64,000 nt of DNA, taken from assembly GCA_965203055.1 (NCBI GenBank), contig OZ241863.1, forward strand, positions 1,472,001 to 1,536,000, read 5' to 3'. Shown in pieces: positions 1 through 8,429 of this stretch (the stretch's first letter is position 1; each line of letters opens with the position of its first letter). The translations under genes were made by a program, and so were the position numbers. The notes beneath the pieces were generated by a model that was not told the DNA's origin, searched no databases, and saw only the letters and a list, made by a program, of their open reading frames with translations. This stretch comes from Spirochaetia bacterium. Lineage in GTDB: Bacteria; Spirochaetota; Spirochaetia; SZUA-6; Bin103.

Positions 1-2
1 TC

Positions 3-329
3 GGTCTGCTTGCGGTCCTCCTGCATCCGAACCCCCCACCGCTCATCGCGATCGACGAACCGGATCTGGGCCTGCACCCGGACGTCGTGGCCAAGGTGGC
101 GGAACTCCTGGTTGACGCCTCGCAGCGCACTCAGCTCGTGATCTCCACTCACTCCAGAATGCTTGTCGATGCGCTGTCGGACGTTCCCTCCAGCGTCGTG
201 GTCTGCGAAGAGGAGAACGGTCAGTCCCGGTTCGAGCGGTTGGACGCCGCCAGATTGTGGAAGCGGCTCGACGATTACAGTCTGGGAGAGCTGTGGGGCT
301 CCGGCGAGCTTGGCGGGAATCGCTGGTGA
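3..329 (+). CDS. AAA/ABC-type ATPase (AAA_21-like), C-terminal part, truncated by window edge
   Basis: Frame from nt 3 reads GLLAVLLHPNPPPLIAIDEPDLGLHPD...LVISTHS...YSLGELWGSGELGGNRW: Walker B/D-loop, H-loop and the family's typical C-terminus. Confidence 0.85.
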   Translation, partial: GLLAVLLHPNPPPLIAIDEPDLGLHPDVVAKVAELLVDASQRTQLVISTHSRMLVDALSDVPSSVVVCEEENGQSRFERLDAARLWKRLDDYSLGELWGSGELGGNRW

Positions 330-428
330 GCGTCAGGGTCCGTTCGTAGAGGGAGGTGTGGCTGGTGCTTGCGGAGGTGAACGGCGCACCGGCCCAGTCG
401 CCCAGGCGCTTGCGCAGGCGCATTGCGC

Positions 429-1574
429 TCAACCGGTCGCCGCGCGGTGGCGCCGGCGTTCGATGGCGAGGTCGAGGAGGCGGCGCAGCAGTTCGGGGAA
501 CGGCACGCCGCTGGCCTCCCACAGCTTCCCGTACATGCTGATTTCGGTGAATCCGGGGATGGTGTTGACCTCGTTGACCAGCAGTTCTGCCTCCCGCTGC
601 GGAACGGCCGCGGGCCGCAGAAAGAAGTCCACCCGCGCCATGCCCTCGATTTCCAACACCGCGCACGTCCGGCACGCCAATTCCTGGGCGCGCCGGTGTT
701 CGGCGGACGTCAACGGCGCGGGGATCAGCAGTTCCGCGCCGCCGGCATCGACGTACTTGGCGTCGTAGTCGTAGAACTCGTGCCCGCCGGTGGGGACGAT
801 TTCGCCGGCCAGCGACGCCGAACGCCGGTCGTTGCCGAGCACCGAGACTTCCAGCTCGCGGCCGGCGACGTATTCCTCTATCAGCACCTTGCGGTCGTAG
901 CGCAGCGCGCCGGCAACCGCCGCCGGCAGGTCGCGGGCGGCGGCGACCTTGGTCACCCCGACCGACGAGCCGAGGTTGGCCGGCTTGACGAACAGCGGCA
1001 GGCCCAGTTCCGCGCCCATCCGCTCCGCGCCGGCCGCCGCCACGGGGCCGCGTACCGCGCGGAAGCGGGCGCTGGCAATGCCGGCGTCGCGCAGCAGGCG
1101 CTTGGTCACTTCCTTGTCCATGGCCACCGCGGAGCCGAGCACGCCGGCGCCGACGTAGGGTACGCCCGCCAACTCCAGCAGCCCCTGCACCGTGCCGTCC
1201 TCGCCAAACGGGCCGTGCAGCACCGGGAACACCGCGTCCAGCGGCGGCAGCGGCGCGCCGGAGACCAGCTCCACGAGTTGCGCGGAGGGGCGGTTCGCGC
1301 CCGGCGCAGGGTCCGGCCGGGCGCCCCCGGTGAGGGTGATCGCGCCGCGGCGCAGCCGCGGCGCAGCCGCCTGGGCGGCGGCGGCAGGGGTAATGAAGTG
1401 GTGCGCGTCGGCCAACCGCCAAGTGCCGTCCCGCTGGATGTAGATGAGCACCACTTCGTGTGCGCCGCCGAGCGCGGCCGCTACCGCCCGCGCCGAGCGC
1501 AGGGAGATGTCGTGTTCGGCGGACTGGCCGCCGCAGATTACGCCGATGCGAATGGTCTTCCCCTCGGCCGGCAT
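429..1574 (-). CDS. ddl: D-alanine--D-alanine ligase
   Basis: GGQSAEHDIS, FPVLHGPFGEDG, FVKPANLGSSVG, NEVNTIPGFT motifs; ATG at 1574 chosen as start. Confidence 0.95.
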   Translation of the reverse strand: MPAEGKTIRIGVICGGQSAEHDISLRSARAVAAALGGAHEVVLIYIQRDGTWRLADAHHFITPAAAAQAAAPRLRRGAITLTGGARPDPAPGANRPSAQLVELVSGAPLPPLDAVFPVLHGPFGEDGTVQGLLELAGVPYVGAGVLGSAVAMDKEVTKRLLRDAGIASARFRAVRGPVAAAGAERMGAELGLPLFVKPANLGSSVGVTKVAAARDLPAAVAGALRYDRKVLIEEYVAGRELEVSVLGNDRRSASLAGEIVPTGGHEFYDYDAKYVDAGGAELLIPAPLTSAEHRRAQELACRTCAVLEIEGMARVDFFLRPAAVPQREAELLVNEVNTIPGFTEISMYGKLWEASGVPFPELLRRLLDLAIERRRHRAATG

Positions 1575-1705
1575 TGTTGCGCGCGCACCGGCCGAGGTCA
1601 AACCGGCCGTCAGTGGGGGGAGGGACGCGCCGCCGGCGCCGATTCCTGCCCGGTTCCGGCCGGTGCGCCGCCCCACGTGGAGTGATTTCGGGGTATGATG
1701 GCGGC

Positions 1706-2509
1706 GTGAGAATCAAGCAATCGGTCTGTTTTCCTATCTTTCAGCGGCAATTCCCGTCGCTGGCGGAGCTGTGCCGCGAGCTCGCGCGCATCGGCTACCG
1801 CGCCGTCGAAATGTGGGGCCGCCGCGGCGGTCCCGTCGAAGGTGAGTTCACGGTGGAGGAAGTGGCCGCCGCGGCCGCGGAGCGCGGGCTGGCGCTGGCC
1901 AGCTTCATCGGCCACGCGTCGTTGCCGGACGGCTGCAACGATCCGGCCAACCATCCCCGGATCGAGGCCGAGCTGCGCGATGCCATTGCGCTGGCGGCGC
2001 AGCACGGCGTGCCGGGCCTGATCTGCTTCACCGGCAATCGCCGCCCCGGACAGAGCGACCTGGAGGGGATGATCGAATGCGCCCGCCTGCTGCGCCGCGT
2101 CGCTCCCTGCGCCGAGGAACAGGGCGTCAACCTCAACGTGGAGCTGCTCAACAGCCGGGTCAATCATCCCGGCTACCTGGCCGACCGCAGCGACTGGGGC
2201 GTCGCCCTGTGCGAGATGGTGGCCAGCCCGCGCGTCAAGCTGCTGTTCGACATCTATCACATGCAGATCATGGAGGGCGACGTGATCCGCGCCATCCGCC
2301 GCGCGCTGCCGCACGTCGGCCACTTCCACACCGCCGGCAACCCGGGGCGCGGGGAGCTGGACGATACCCAGGAACTCAACTACCGCGGCATCTGCAACGC
2401 CATTGCGGAGTCCGACTACGACCTGTACCTCGGCCACGAGTATAAGCCGAGCGGCGATCTGGGCGAGTCCCTGCAGCGCTCCTACGACGTCTGCGACGCC
2501 GGCCCGTAG
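1706..2509 (+). CDS. Hydroxypyruvate isomerase-family TIM-barrel protein
   Basis: LNVELLNSRVNHPGY, LLFDIYHMQIMEGD, HFHTAGNPGR motifs; GTG start 6 nt after TATGAT. Confidence 0.88.
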   Translation: MRIKQSVCFPIFQRQFPSLAELCRELARIGYRAVEMWGRRGGPVEGEFTVEEVAAAAAERGLALASFIGHASLPDGCNDPANHPRIEAELRDAIALAAQHGVPGLICFTGNRRPGQSDLEGMIECARLLRRVAPCAEEQGVNLNVELLNSRVNHPGYLADRSDWGVALCEMVASPRVKLLFDIYHMQIMEGDVIRAIRRALPHVGHFHTAGNPGRGELDDTQELNYRGICNAIAESDYDLYLGHEYKPSGDLGESLQRSYDVCDAGP

Positions 2510-2534
2510 AGCAGGTAATGGACGCGTGCAGGTA

Positions 2535-4256
2535 ATGAACGCGCCGCGCATGGAGTTGCACCTTGGCCCGCTGCGCGGTCCGGTGGAGCAGGCGTTCGCG
2601 CGGGCGGAGGAGGCGGGGCTGATGCGGCGCATCTGGGCGCGCGATCACCGCGTCTGGAAGCCGGCGCCAACCGAGATCAGCGATCGCCTCGGCTGGCTCG
2701 ACGTCGCCGAGAGGATGGAGCGGGAGATCGAGCCGCTGGAGCGCTTCGCGGCGGAGCTGCGCGCGGCCGGCTACACCGACGTGTTGCTGCTGGGGATGGG
2801 CGGTTCCAGTCTGGCGCCGGAGGTGCTGGCGCGCACCTTCGACCGCCGGCCGGGAGGATTGCGCCTGGCGGTGTTGGACAGCACCGACCCGCGCGCGGTG
2901 GCCGCCCGCACTGCGCCGCTCGACCTGCGCGCCACGCTGTTTCTGGTAGCGACCAAGTCGGGCGGCACGGTGGAGACGTTGTCCCTGTTCAAGTACTGCT
3001 ACAACCTGGTGGCGGCGGAGCTGGGCCGGGCCGCGGCGGGGGAGCGCTTCGCGGCGATTACCGATCCCGGCAGCGGCCTTGCCGACCTCGCCGCGCAGTA
3101 CCGGTTCCGCGCCACGTTCCTGGGTGACCCGGCCATCGGCGGGCGCTACTCCGCGCTCAGCGTGTTCGGGCTGCTGCCGGCCGCGCTGCTGCGGCTCGAC
3201 CTGCGCGCCTTGCTGCGGCGCGCCCGGCAGGCGGCCGCGGCTGCCGGGCCGGACCGGAGCCCGCGCGCCGGCGGCAACGCGGCGGCGCGGCTGGGGATCG
3301 TCCTCGGCACCGCGGCCGCGGCCGGGCGCGACAAGTTGACGTTGCTGTGCGGGGACGAGCTGGCGAGTTTCGGCGACTGGGTGGAGCAGCTCATCGCCGA
3401 GAGCACCGGCAAGGAGGGGCGCGGCATCCTGCCGGTGGTGGGCGAACCGCCGGCGGCGCCGGACGAGTACGGCGCCGACCGGCTGTTCGTGTGGCTGCGC
3501 CGCGGCGCGGACCAGGCCGCGGCGGCCGCCGCCGAGCGGCTGCGCGCCGCCGGCCAGCCGCTCGTCATTCTGCAACTCGACGACCCTTACGAGGTGGCGG
3601 GGCAGTTCTTCGTCTGGGAGCTGGCCACCGCGGTAGCCGGCGCGCTGCTGGGCATCAACCCGTTCGATCAACCGGACGTGGAGGCGGCCAAGGCGCAGGC
3701 GCGGCAGATGGTCGCCGCCTATCACGCCGCGGGGAGCCTGCCGGTGGAGGAGCCGGAGCTGCGCGGCCCCGGGCTGGCGCTCTACGGCGAGGTGACGGGC
3801 AGCACGCCGGCGCAGGCGCTGGCCGGCTTCGCCGCCGCGGCGCCGGCCGGCGGCTACCTGGCGCTCCAGGCCTACCTGCCGCCGACGCCGGCGACCGACG
3901 CCGCGCTGCAGGCGCTGCGCCGGGCGCTGCGGGCGCGCACCGGCTTGGCCGCCACCAGCGGCTACGGCCCGCGCTTCCTGCACTCCACCGGGCAACTGCA
4001 CAAGGGCGACGCCGGCCGCGGCCGCTGCCTGCAGATCGTGGCCGCCAGCGCTCCCGACCTGCCGATCCCGGACCGGGCGGGGGAGCCGGCCGCGGCGCTC
4101 AGCTTCGACGTGCTGAAGCAGGCGCAGGCGCTTGGCGACCGCCAGGCGCTGGCCGCGGGCGGCCGCGCCGTGCTCGCCGTGCAGGTGACGGGCGACCCGG
4201 CTGCGGCGATTGGCCGCCTGGCGGAAGGTCTCATGCCGGATCGGGAAGCTGGCTGA
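2535..4256 (+). CDS. pgi: Glucose-6-phosphate isomerase (Tal-Pgi-type PGI domain)
   Basis: LLGMGGSSL, KSGGTVET, GGRYSALS, EQLIAESTGK, NPFDQPDVE, PRFLHSTGQLHKG. Confidence 0.9.
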   Translation: MNAPRMELHLGPLRGPVEQAFARAEEAGLMRRIWARDHRVWKPAPTEISDRLGWLDVAERMEREIEPLERFAAELRAAGYTDVLLLGMGGSSLAPEVLARTFDRRPGGLRLAVLDSTDPRAVAARTAPLDLRATLFLVATKSGGTVETLSLFKYCYNLVAAELGRAAAGERFAAITDPGSGLADLAAQYRFRATFLGDPAIGGRYSALSVFGLLPAALLRLDLRALLRRARQAAAAAGPDRSPRAGGNAAARLGIVLGTAAAAGRDKLTLLCGDELASFGDWVEQLIAESTGKEGRGILPVVGEPPAAPDEYGADRLFVWLRRGADQAAAAAAERLRAAGQPLVILQLDDPYEVAGQFFVWELATAVAGALLGINPFDQPDVEAAKAQARQMVAAYHAAGSLPVEEPELRGPGLALYGEVTGSTPAQALAGFAAAAPAGGYLALQAYLPPTPATDAALQALRRALRARTGLAATSGYGPRFLHSTGQLHKGDAGRGRCLQIVAASAPDLPIPDRAGEPAAALSFDVLKQAQALGDRQALAAGGRAVLAVQVTGDPAAAIGRLAEGLMPDREAG

Positions 4257-5263
4257 TGGCGGCGGCGCCGGGCGCGGTCCTGGGCTGGGGCGTGGTGGGT
4301 TGCGGCGACGTGGTCGAGCGCAAGAGCGGCCCGGCCATCGCCTGCGCGGAGCGCAGCCGCATGGTCCAGGTGATGCGCCGCGACGGCGCCGCGGCGCGCG
4401 ACTTCGCGCGCCGTCACGAGGTCCCCGCCTGGACTGACGACGCGCAGCAGGTGATCGCCGGCGCCGGCGTGGACGTCGTCTACGTGGCGACGCCGCCGAG
4501 CTCGCACCTGCAGTACGTACGCGCCGCGGCGGCGGCGGGCAAGCACGTGCTGGTGGAGAAGCCGATGGCGCTGAACGCCGCCGAGGGGCGCGCGATGGTG
4601 GCTGCCTGCGCCGCCGCCGGGGTGGAGCTGTTCGTCGCCTACTACCGCCGCTTCCAGCCCCACGTGCTGCGCATGCGCGCGCTGCTGGCGGAGGGCGCCA
4701 TCGGGCGCCCGGTGCAGGCCGCGGTCGAGATCGCGGCGGCCGACGTCGCGCGGCGGCTGGCGGCGGGCCGGCGCGAGTGGCGCGACGACCCCGCCATCTC
4801 CGGCGGCGGCGGGCTGGTGGACCTGGGCAGTCACAGCATCGACCTGCTGGTGTGGCTGCTCGGGCCGGTGGCCGAGGCGCACGCCGTGGCCGCGCGCTTC
4901 CATCCCGGCGCGGCGGTGGAGCAGACTGCGGCCGTCGTGCTGCGGATGGAGTCGGGCGCGCTCTGCAGCGTGCGCGGCGACTTCTATTCCGGCAGCGAAG
5001 CTGACAGCTTCGTCATCGACGGGGAGAGCGGCTGCATCATCGCCGATCCGCTGGATGGGCACGAGTTCACGCTCGCCGCCGGGAACGGCGCCGAGGAGTT
5101 CTGCTTCCAGCCGCTGGCGGCGCCGCACCTGGGCTTGGTGCGCCACGTCGAGACGGTGCTCCTCGACGGCGCCCGCAACCTGATCCCCGGCAGCGACGGG
5201 GTAGTGACCGAGACCGTGCTCGACGCCGTGCGCGGCGCGGCCGCCGCCGCTTCGGCAGGCTGA
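4256..5263 (+). CDS. Gfo/Idh/MocA family oxidoreductase
   Basis: WGVVGCG Rossmann motif, VYVATPP, HVLVEKPMA, GGLVDLGSH; TGATG overlap with pgi stop. Confidence 0.9.
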   Translation: MAAAPGAVLGWGVVGCGDVVERKSGPAIACAERSRMVQVMRRDGAAARDFARRHEVPAWTDDAQQVIAGAGVDVVYVATPPSSHLQYVRAAAAAGKHVLVEKPMALNAAEGRAMVAACAAAGVELFVAYYRRFQPHVLRMRALLAEGAIGRPVQAAVEIAAADVARRLAAGRREWRDDPAISGGGGLVDLGSHSIDLLVWLLGPVAEAHAVAARFHPGAAVEQTAAVVLRMESGALCSVRGDFYSGSEADSFVIDGESGCIIADPLDGHEFTLAAGNGAEEFCFQPLAAPHLGLVRHVETVLLDGARNLIPGSDGVVTETVLDAVRGAAAAASAG

Positions 5264-5282
5264 CCGGGGGCGCTTTTCCGCT

Positions 5283-6173
5283 TCAGCCGCCGGCGCCGGC
5301 CCCGGCGCCGGCCACGCTGAGGTCCACCGCCAGGAATACCAGCACCAGCGGCAGATAGAGTACCGACGCCCGCAGCAGCAGCCGCGAGCTGTCGCGGTCG
5401 CGCCGGCGCGCGAAGCGGATCCCGGCGGCCAGGTAGAGCGCCCCGGCCAGGAGACATCCCGCCGCGTACCAGGCGCCGGCCACGCCCGCGGCGACCAGCA
5501 GCAGGGACACCGGGATCAGGGCGGCCAGGAACAGGATCACCTGCGCCGCCAGAAAGTCGCCGCCGGCGCCTACGGCGCCGGCCATGCGCAGCCCGGCGCC
5601 GCGGTATTCGTCGCGGAACGCCCAGGCGATGGCGTAGAAGTGGGGGTGCTGCCACAGAAACAGGATCGCGACCAGGACCCAGGCGCCGATTCCCAGCCGC
5701 CCGCCCGGTGCGGCCGCGGCGGACCAGCCGATCAACGGCGGAATGGCGCCGGGAATGGCGCCGAGCGGCGTGTTCAACCACGAGCGCCGCTTCATCGGCG
5801 TGTACAGGAACAGATAGAGGCCCGCCGCCAGCAGGCTGAGCAGGGCCGGCAGCGCGCCGCCGCGCCACAGCAGCAGCGCCGCTCCGCCGCCGGTCAGCAA
5901 CCCGCCGAACCACGCCGCGGCGCGCGGCGTCACCGAGCCCTGCGGCAGCGCGCGCCCGCGGGTGCGCGCCATGCGCGCGTCCACCTCGCGCTCCAGCACG
6001 TTGTTGAGCACGCCGGCGCCGGCGCTCGCCAGCGCCGTTCCGCCGACCACCGCCAGCAGGGCGCCGCCGGCGCTGACGCGGCCCTGCGCCGCCCAGTAGC
6101 CCAGCGCCGTGGTGGCCGCCACCAGCAGCGCGATGCGGCTCTTGATCAGCGACCCGAGGCCGCCCGGCCGCAC
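5283..6173 (-). CDS. ctaB: Heme O synthase (protoheme IX farnesyltransferase)
   Basis: UbiA-type NNVLEREVDARMARTRGRALP, YTPMKR, GAIPGAIPPLIGW, LWQHPHFYAIA. Confidence 0.93.
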   Translation of the reverse strand: MRPGGLGSLIKSRIALLVAATTALGYWAAQGRVSAGGALLAVVGGTALASAGAGVLNNVLEREVDARMARTRGRALPQGSVTPRAAAWFGGLLTGGGAALLLWRGGALPALLSLLAAGLYLFLYTPMKRRSWLNTPLGAIPGAIPPLIGWSAAAAPGGRLGIGAWVLVAILFLWQHPHFYAIAWAFRDEYRGAGLRMAGAVGAGGDFLAAQVILFLAALIPVSLLLVAAGVAGAWYAAGCLLAGALYLAAGIRFARRRDRDSSRLLLRASVLYLPLVLVFLAVDLSVAGAGAGAGG

Positions 6174-6177
6174 GCCG

Positions 6178-7272
6178 CTACGACCCGCGGCGGCCGCCGC
6201 GCCCGGCCGCCCCGAGCGCCGCGCCTACTTCGCGGCGGGCAGGCAGGGGCACGCAGCGCAGCAGACACCACAGGGTGAGGCCGAGCAGCGCGGCTCCCAG
6301 CAGCACGTGGAGGCTCGCTACCAGCGGCAAGCGACCGGTCAGCACCGTCAACGCGCCCAAGGTGCCTTGCGCCGCCAGCAGCCAGTTGATCCACAGCAGC
6401 GTGCGCCGCGCCGCGGCGTAGGCGGGCCGCCGCCGCAGGTCCAGGTTGGCGGCCACCACCACCGCGGCGGTCGCGGCCGCTCCGAGGCGATGCAGGAAGT
6501 GGATCACCACCTGATTCATTGCCACCGGTTCCAGCAGCATCTGAAAGCGCGTTGCGTTGACCGCGTTCAGCATCGCGGCGTCGAAGCGCGGTATCACTTG
6601 GCCGCCCATCAGCGGAAAGTCGGGGATCGCCAGTCCGGAGTCGGTGTGCCGCATCAACGCGCCGAGCAGCAACTGCAGGAACACGACCGCCGGCACCAGC
6701 GCCACCGTCGCGCGCACCCCCGGCGCCGGACCTTGCGCGCTACGCTGCCGCCACTCGCGCGACTGCGCGTAGGCGATGCCGAGCAGCAACAGAAACAGAC
6801 TCTGGGCCAGGACCGCGTGGGTCACCGAAATCGGCGTGGGCAGCAGGAACAGCACCGTCAGCCCGCCCAGCGTGCCCTGCACGACGATGGCGCCTACCGC
6901 GGTCCACGCCAGTACCCGCAGCCAGCGGCGCGGCTCGCGCCACGTGAACACCAGCGCCTGGGCCACCACCAGCAGGCCGACGGCGGCGGCCACCATCCGG
7001 TGGGAGTGCTCGTACAGAATCCCGCCTACCAGCGGCGGGAACAGGGTTCCGTAGGAGAGCGGCCAGTCGGGCACCGCCAATCCCGACCCGGTGCTGGTGA
7101 CCAGGCTGCCCACGAAGATCAGCACCAGGGTGGAGCCGGCGGTGATCCCGCTCAGCAGCCGCACCGCAACTCGAACATGAATGTCATTCGGGAGGATTCC
7201 TCGCTCGGGGCGGCGGACCTGGGGCCAGCCCGATTGCCTCGCAGCATGCCGTGAACCGGGATCATCCCGCAA
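6178..7272 (-). CDS. ctaA: Heme A synthase (COX15/CtaA family); true start uncertain, possibly GTG at 7164
   Basis: GSGLAVPDWP, YEHSHR, conserved His residues, multiple TM helices; adjacent to ctaB. Confidence 0.88.
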   Translation of the reverse strand: MRDDPGSRHAARQSGWPQVRRPERGILPNDIHVRVAVRLLSGITAGSTLVLIFVGSLVTSTGSGLAVPDWPLSYGTLFPPLVGGILYEHSHRMVAAAVGLLVVAQALVFTWREPRRWLRVLAWTAVGAIVVQGTLGGLTVLFLLPTPISVTHAVLAQSLFLLLLGIAYAQSREWRQRSAQGPAPGVRATVALVPAVVFLQLLLGALMRHTDSGLAIPDFPLMGGQVIPRFDAAMLNAVNATRFQMLLEPVAMNQVVIHFLHRLGAAATAAVVVAANLDLRRRPAYAAARRTLLWINWLLAAQGTLGALTVLTGRLPLVASLHVLLGAALLGLTLWCLLRCVPLPARREVGAALGAAGRGGRRGS

Positions 7273-7318
7273 CCGGAACGCACTGCGGCCTCGATTGCGC
7301 CGTTGATGCGCCGCGCCA

Positions 7319-8416
7319 TCACCGGCCGCGGTAGAGGGCGGCGATGCGGGCCGCGATCGGGTCCCAGTCCAGTTCGCGGGCGCGCGCCAGGGCCGCGGCG
7401 CCGGCGGCGTGCAGGTCCAGCGAACGCGCTTCGTTCAAGGCGGCGTCCAGGCCGCCGGGGGCGTTCGGATCGTAGAGCAGGCCGCAGCCGCCGGCGACCA
7501 GCTCCGGCAGGCAGCCGAGGCGCGGCACGATGAGCGGCTTGCCGAAGCCCAGCGCCTGGATCGCCGAACCGGAGGTGAGCACGGCCGCGAACGGCAGCAC
7601 CACCACGTCGGCGGCGTTCAGGAAGTATTGGAACTGATCCACGTCGAAGTAGGGCGAGGAGTGGATGCGGATGCGGGCGTCGCCGGCGGCCGCGGCGCGG
7701 AGCTGCGGGATCAGGCCGGGGCTGCGCGCGTGCTCGCGCAGCATCAGCAGCAGCGCGCTGTCGCGGGCGGCGCCGCGGCGGTAGGCGGCCACCAGCGCGG
7801 CCACCCCCTTGTAATCGCGCGTGTTGCCGAAGAACAGATAGACGAACCGGTCGCCGTCAAGCTCCAGCCGGGCGCGGGCCGCGCCGGGGCTGACCCGATT
7901 GGGGAACACCGGCAGATAGTTGCCGTGGGGGATCACCTGCACCGGGCGCGGCGGATCGTACCACTCCTCGATCCGTTTGGCCGCGTAGCGGCAGTGGGCG
8001 ATGACGTGGTCGGCCTCGCGCGCCACCAGGGCGTTGATCAGGCGGTCCAACTGCGGATAGCGCCGCTCGTGGGGGTACAGGTTGTGCACGGTCCACACCA
8101 GGCGGTAGCCGAGGCGGCGGGCGTGAATCAGGTTGTCGGCAAAGTCCGCGTACCGGGTAGCCGCCCGCTCCAGGTCGCGCGGCTCCTCGAAGCGGGCGTA
8201 GAAGCGGTCGAGCCAGTTGAGATGCAGCACGCCGCAGGCGGTGCGCGACTCCTCCAGCCAGGAACGGCGGAAGTCGTAGTCGCCTTCGGCCAGCTCCACG
8301 CCGCGGCGGCGCAGGGCCGCGGCCAGCAGGGCGCCGTAGGGATTGGCCCGGCCAAGCTCGAGGCCGCTCCCTTCCCAGAAGAACAGCCCCCGGGTCGTTA
8401 CCTGAGTCTGATGCAT
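7319..8416 (-). CDS. GT-B fold glycosyltransferase (family 4-like)
   Basis: WTVHNLYPHE, VIPHGNY, FFGNTRDYKG, ADVVVLPF..TSGS..ALGFGKP. Confidence 0.85.
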   Translation of the reverse strand: MHQTQVTTRGLFFWEGSGLELGRANPYGALLAAALRRRGVELAEGDYDFRRSWLEESRTACGVLHLNWLDRFYARFEEPRDLERAATRYADFADNLIHARRLGYRLVWTVHNLYPHERRYPQLDRLINALVAREADHVIAHCRYAAKRIEEWYDPPRPVQVIPHGNYLPVFPNRVSPGAARARLELDGDRFVYLFFGNTRDYKGVAALVAAYRRGAARDSALLLMLREHARSPGLIPQLRAAAAGDARIRIHSSPYFDVDQFQYFLNAADVVVLPFAAVLTSGSAIQALGFGKPLIVPRLGCLPELVAGGCGLLYDPNAPGGLDAALNEARSLDLHAAGAAALARARELDWDPIAARIAALYRGR

Positions 8417-8429
8417 GATTGCCCTCCGG

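Noticed and set aside
429..1574. Van-type D-Ala-D-Lac ligase
   Set aside because: Omega loop FYDYDAKY is of the ordinary D-Ala-D-Ala type; no van cluster nearby.
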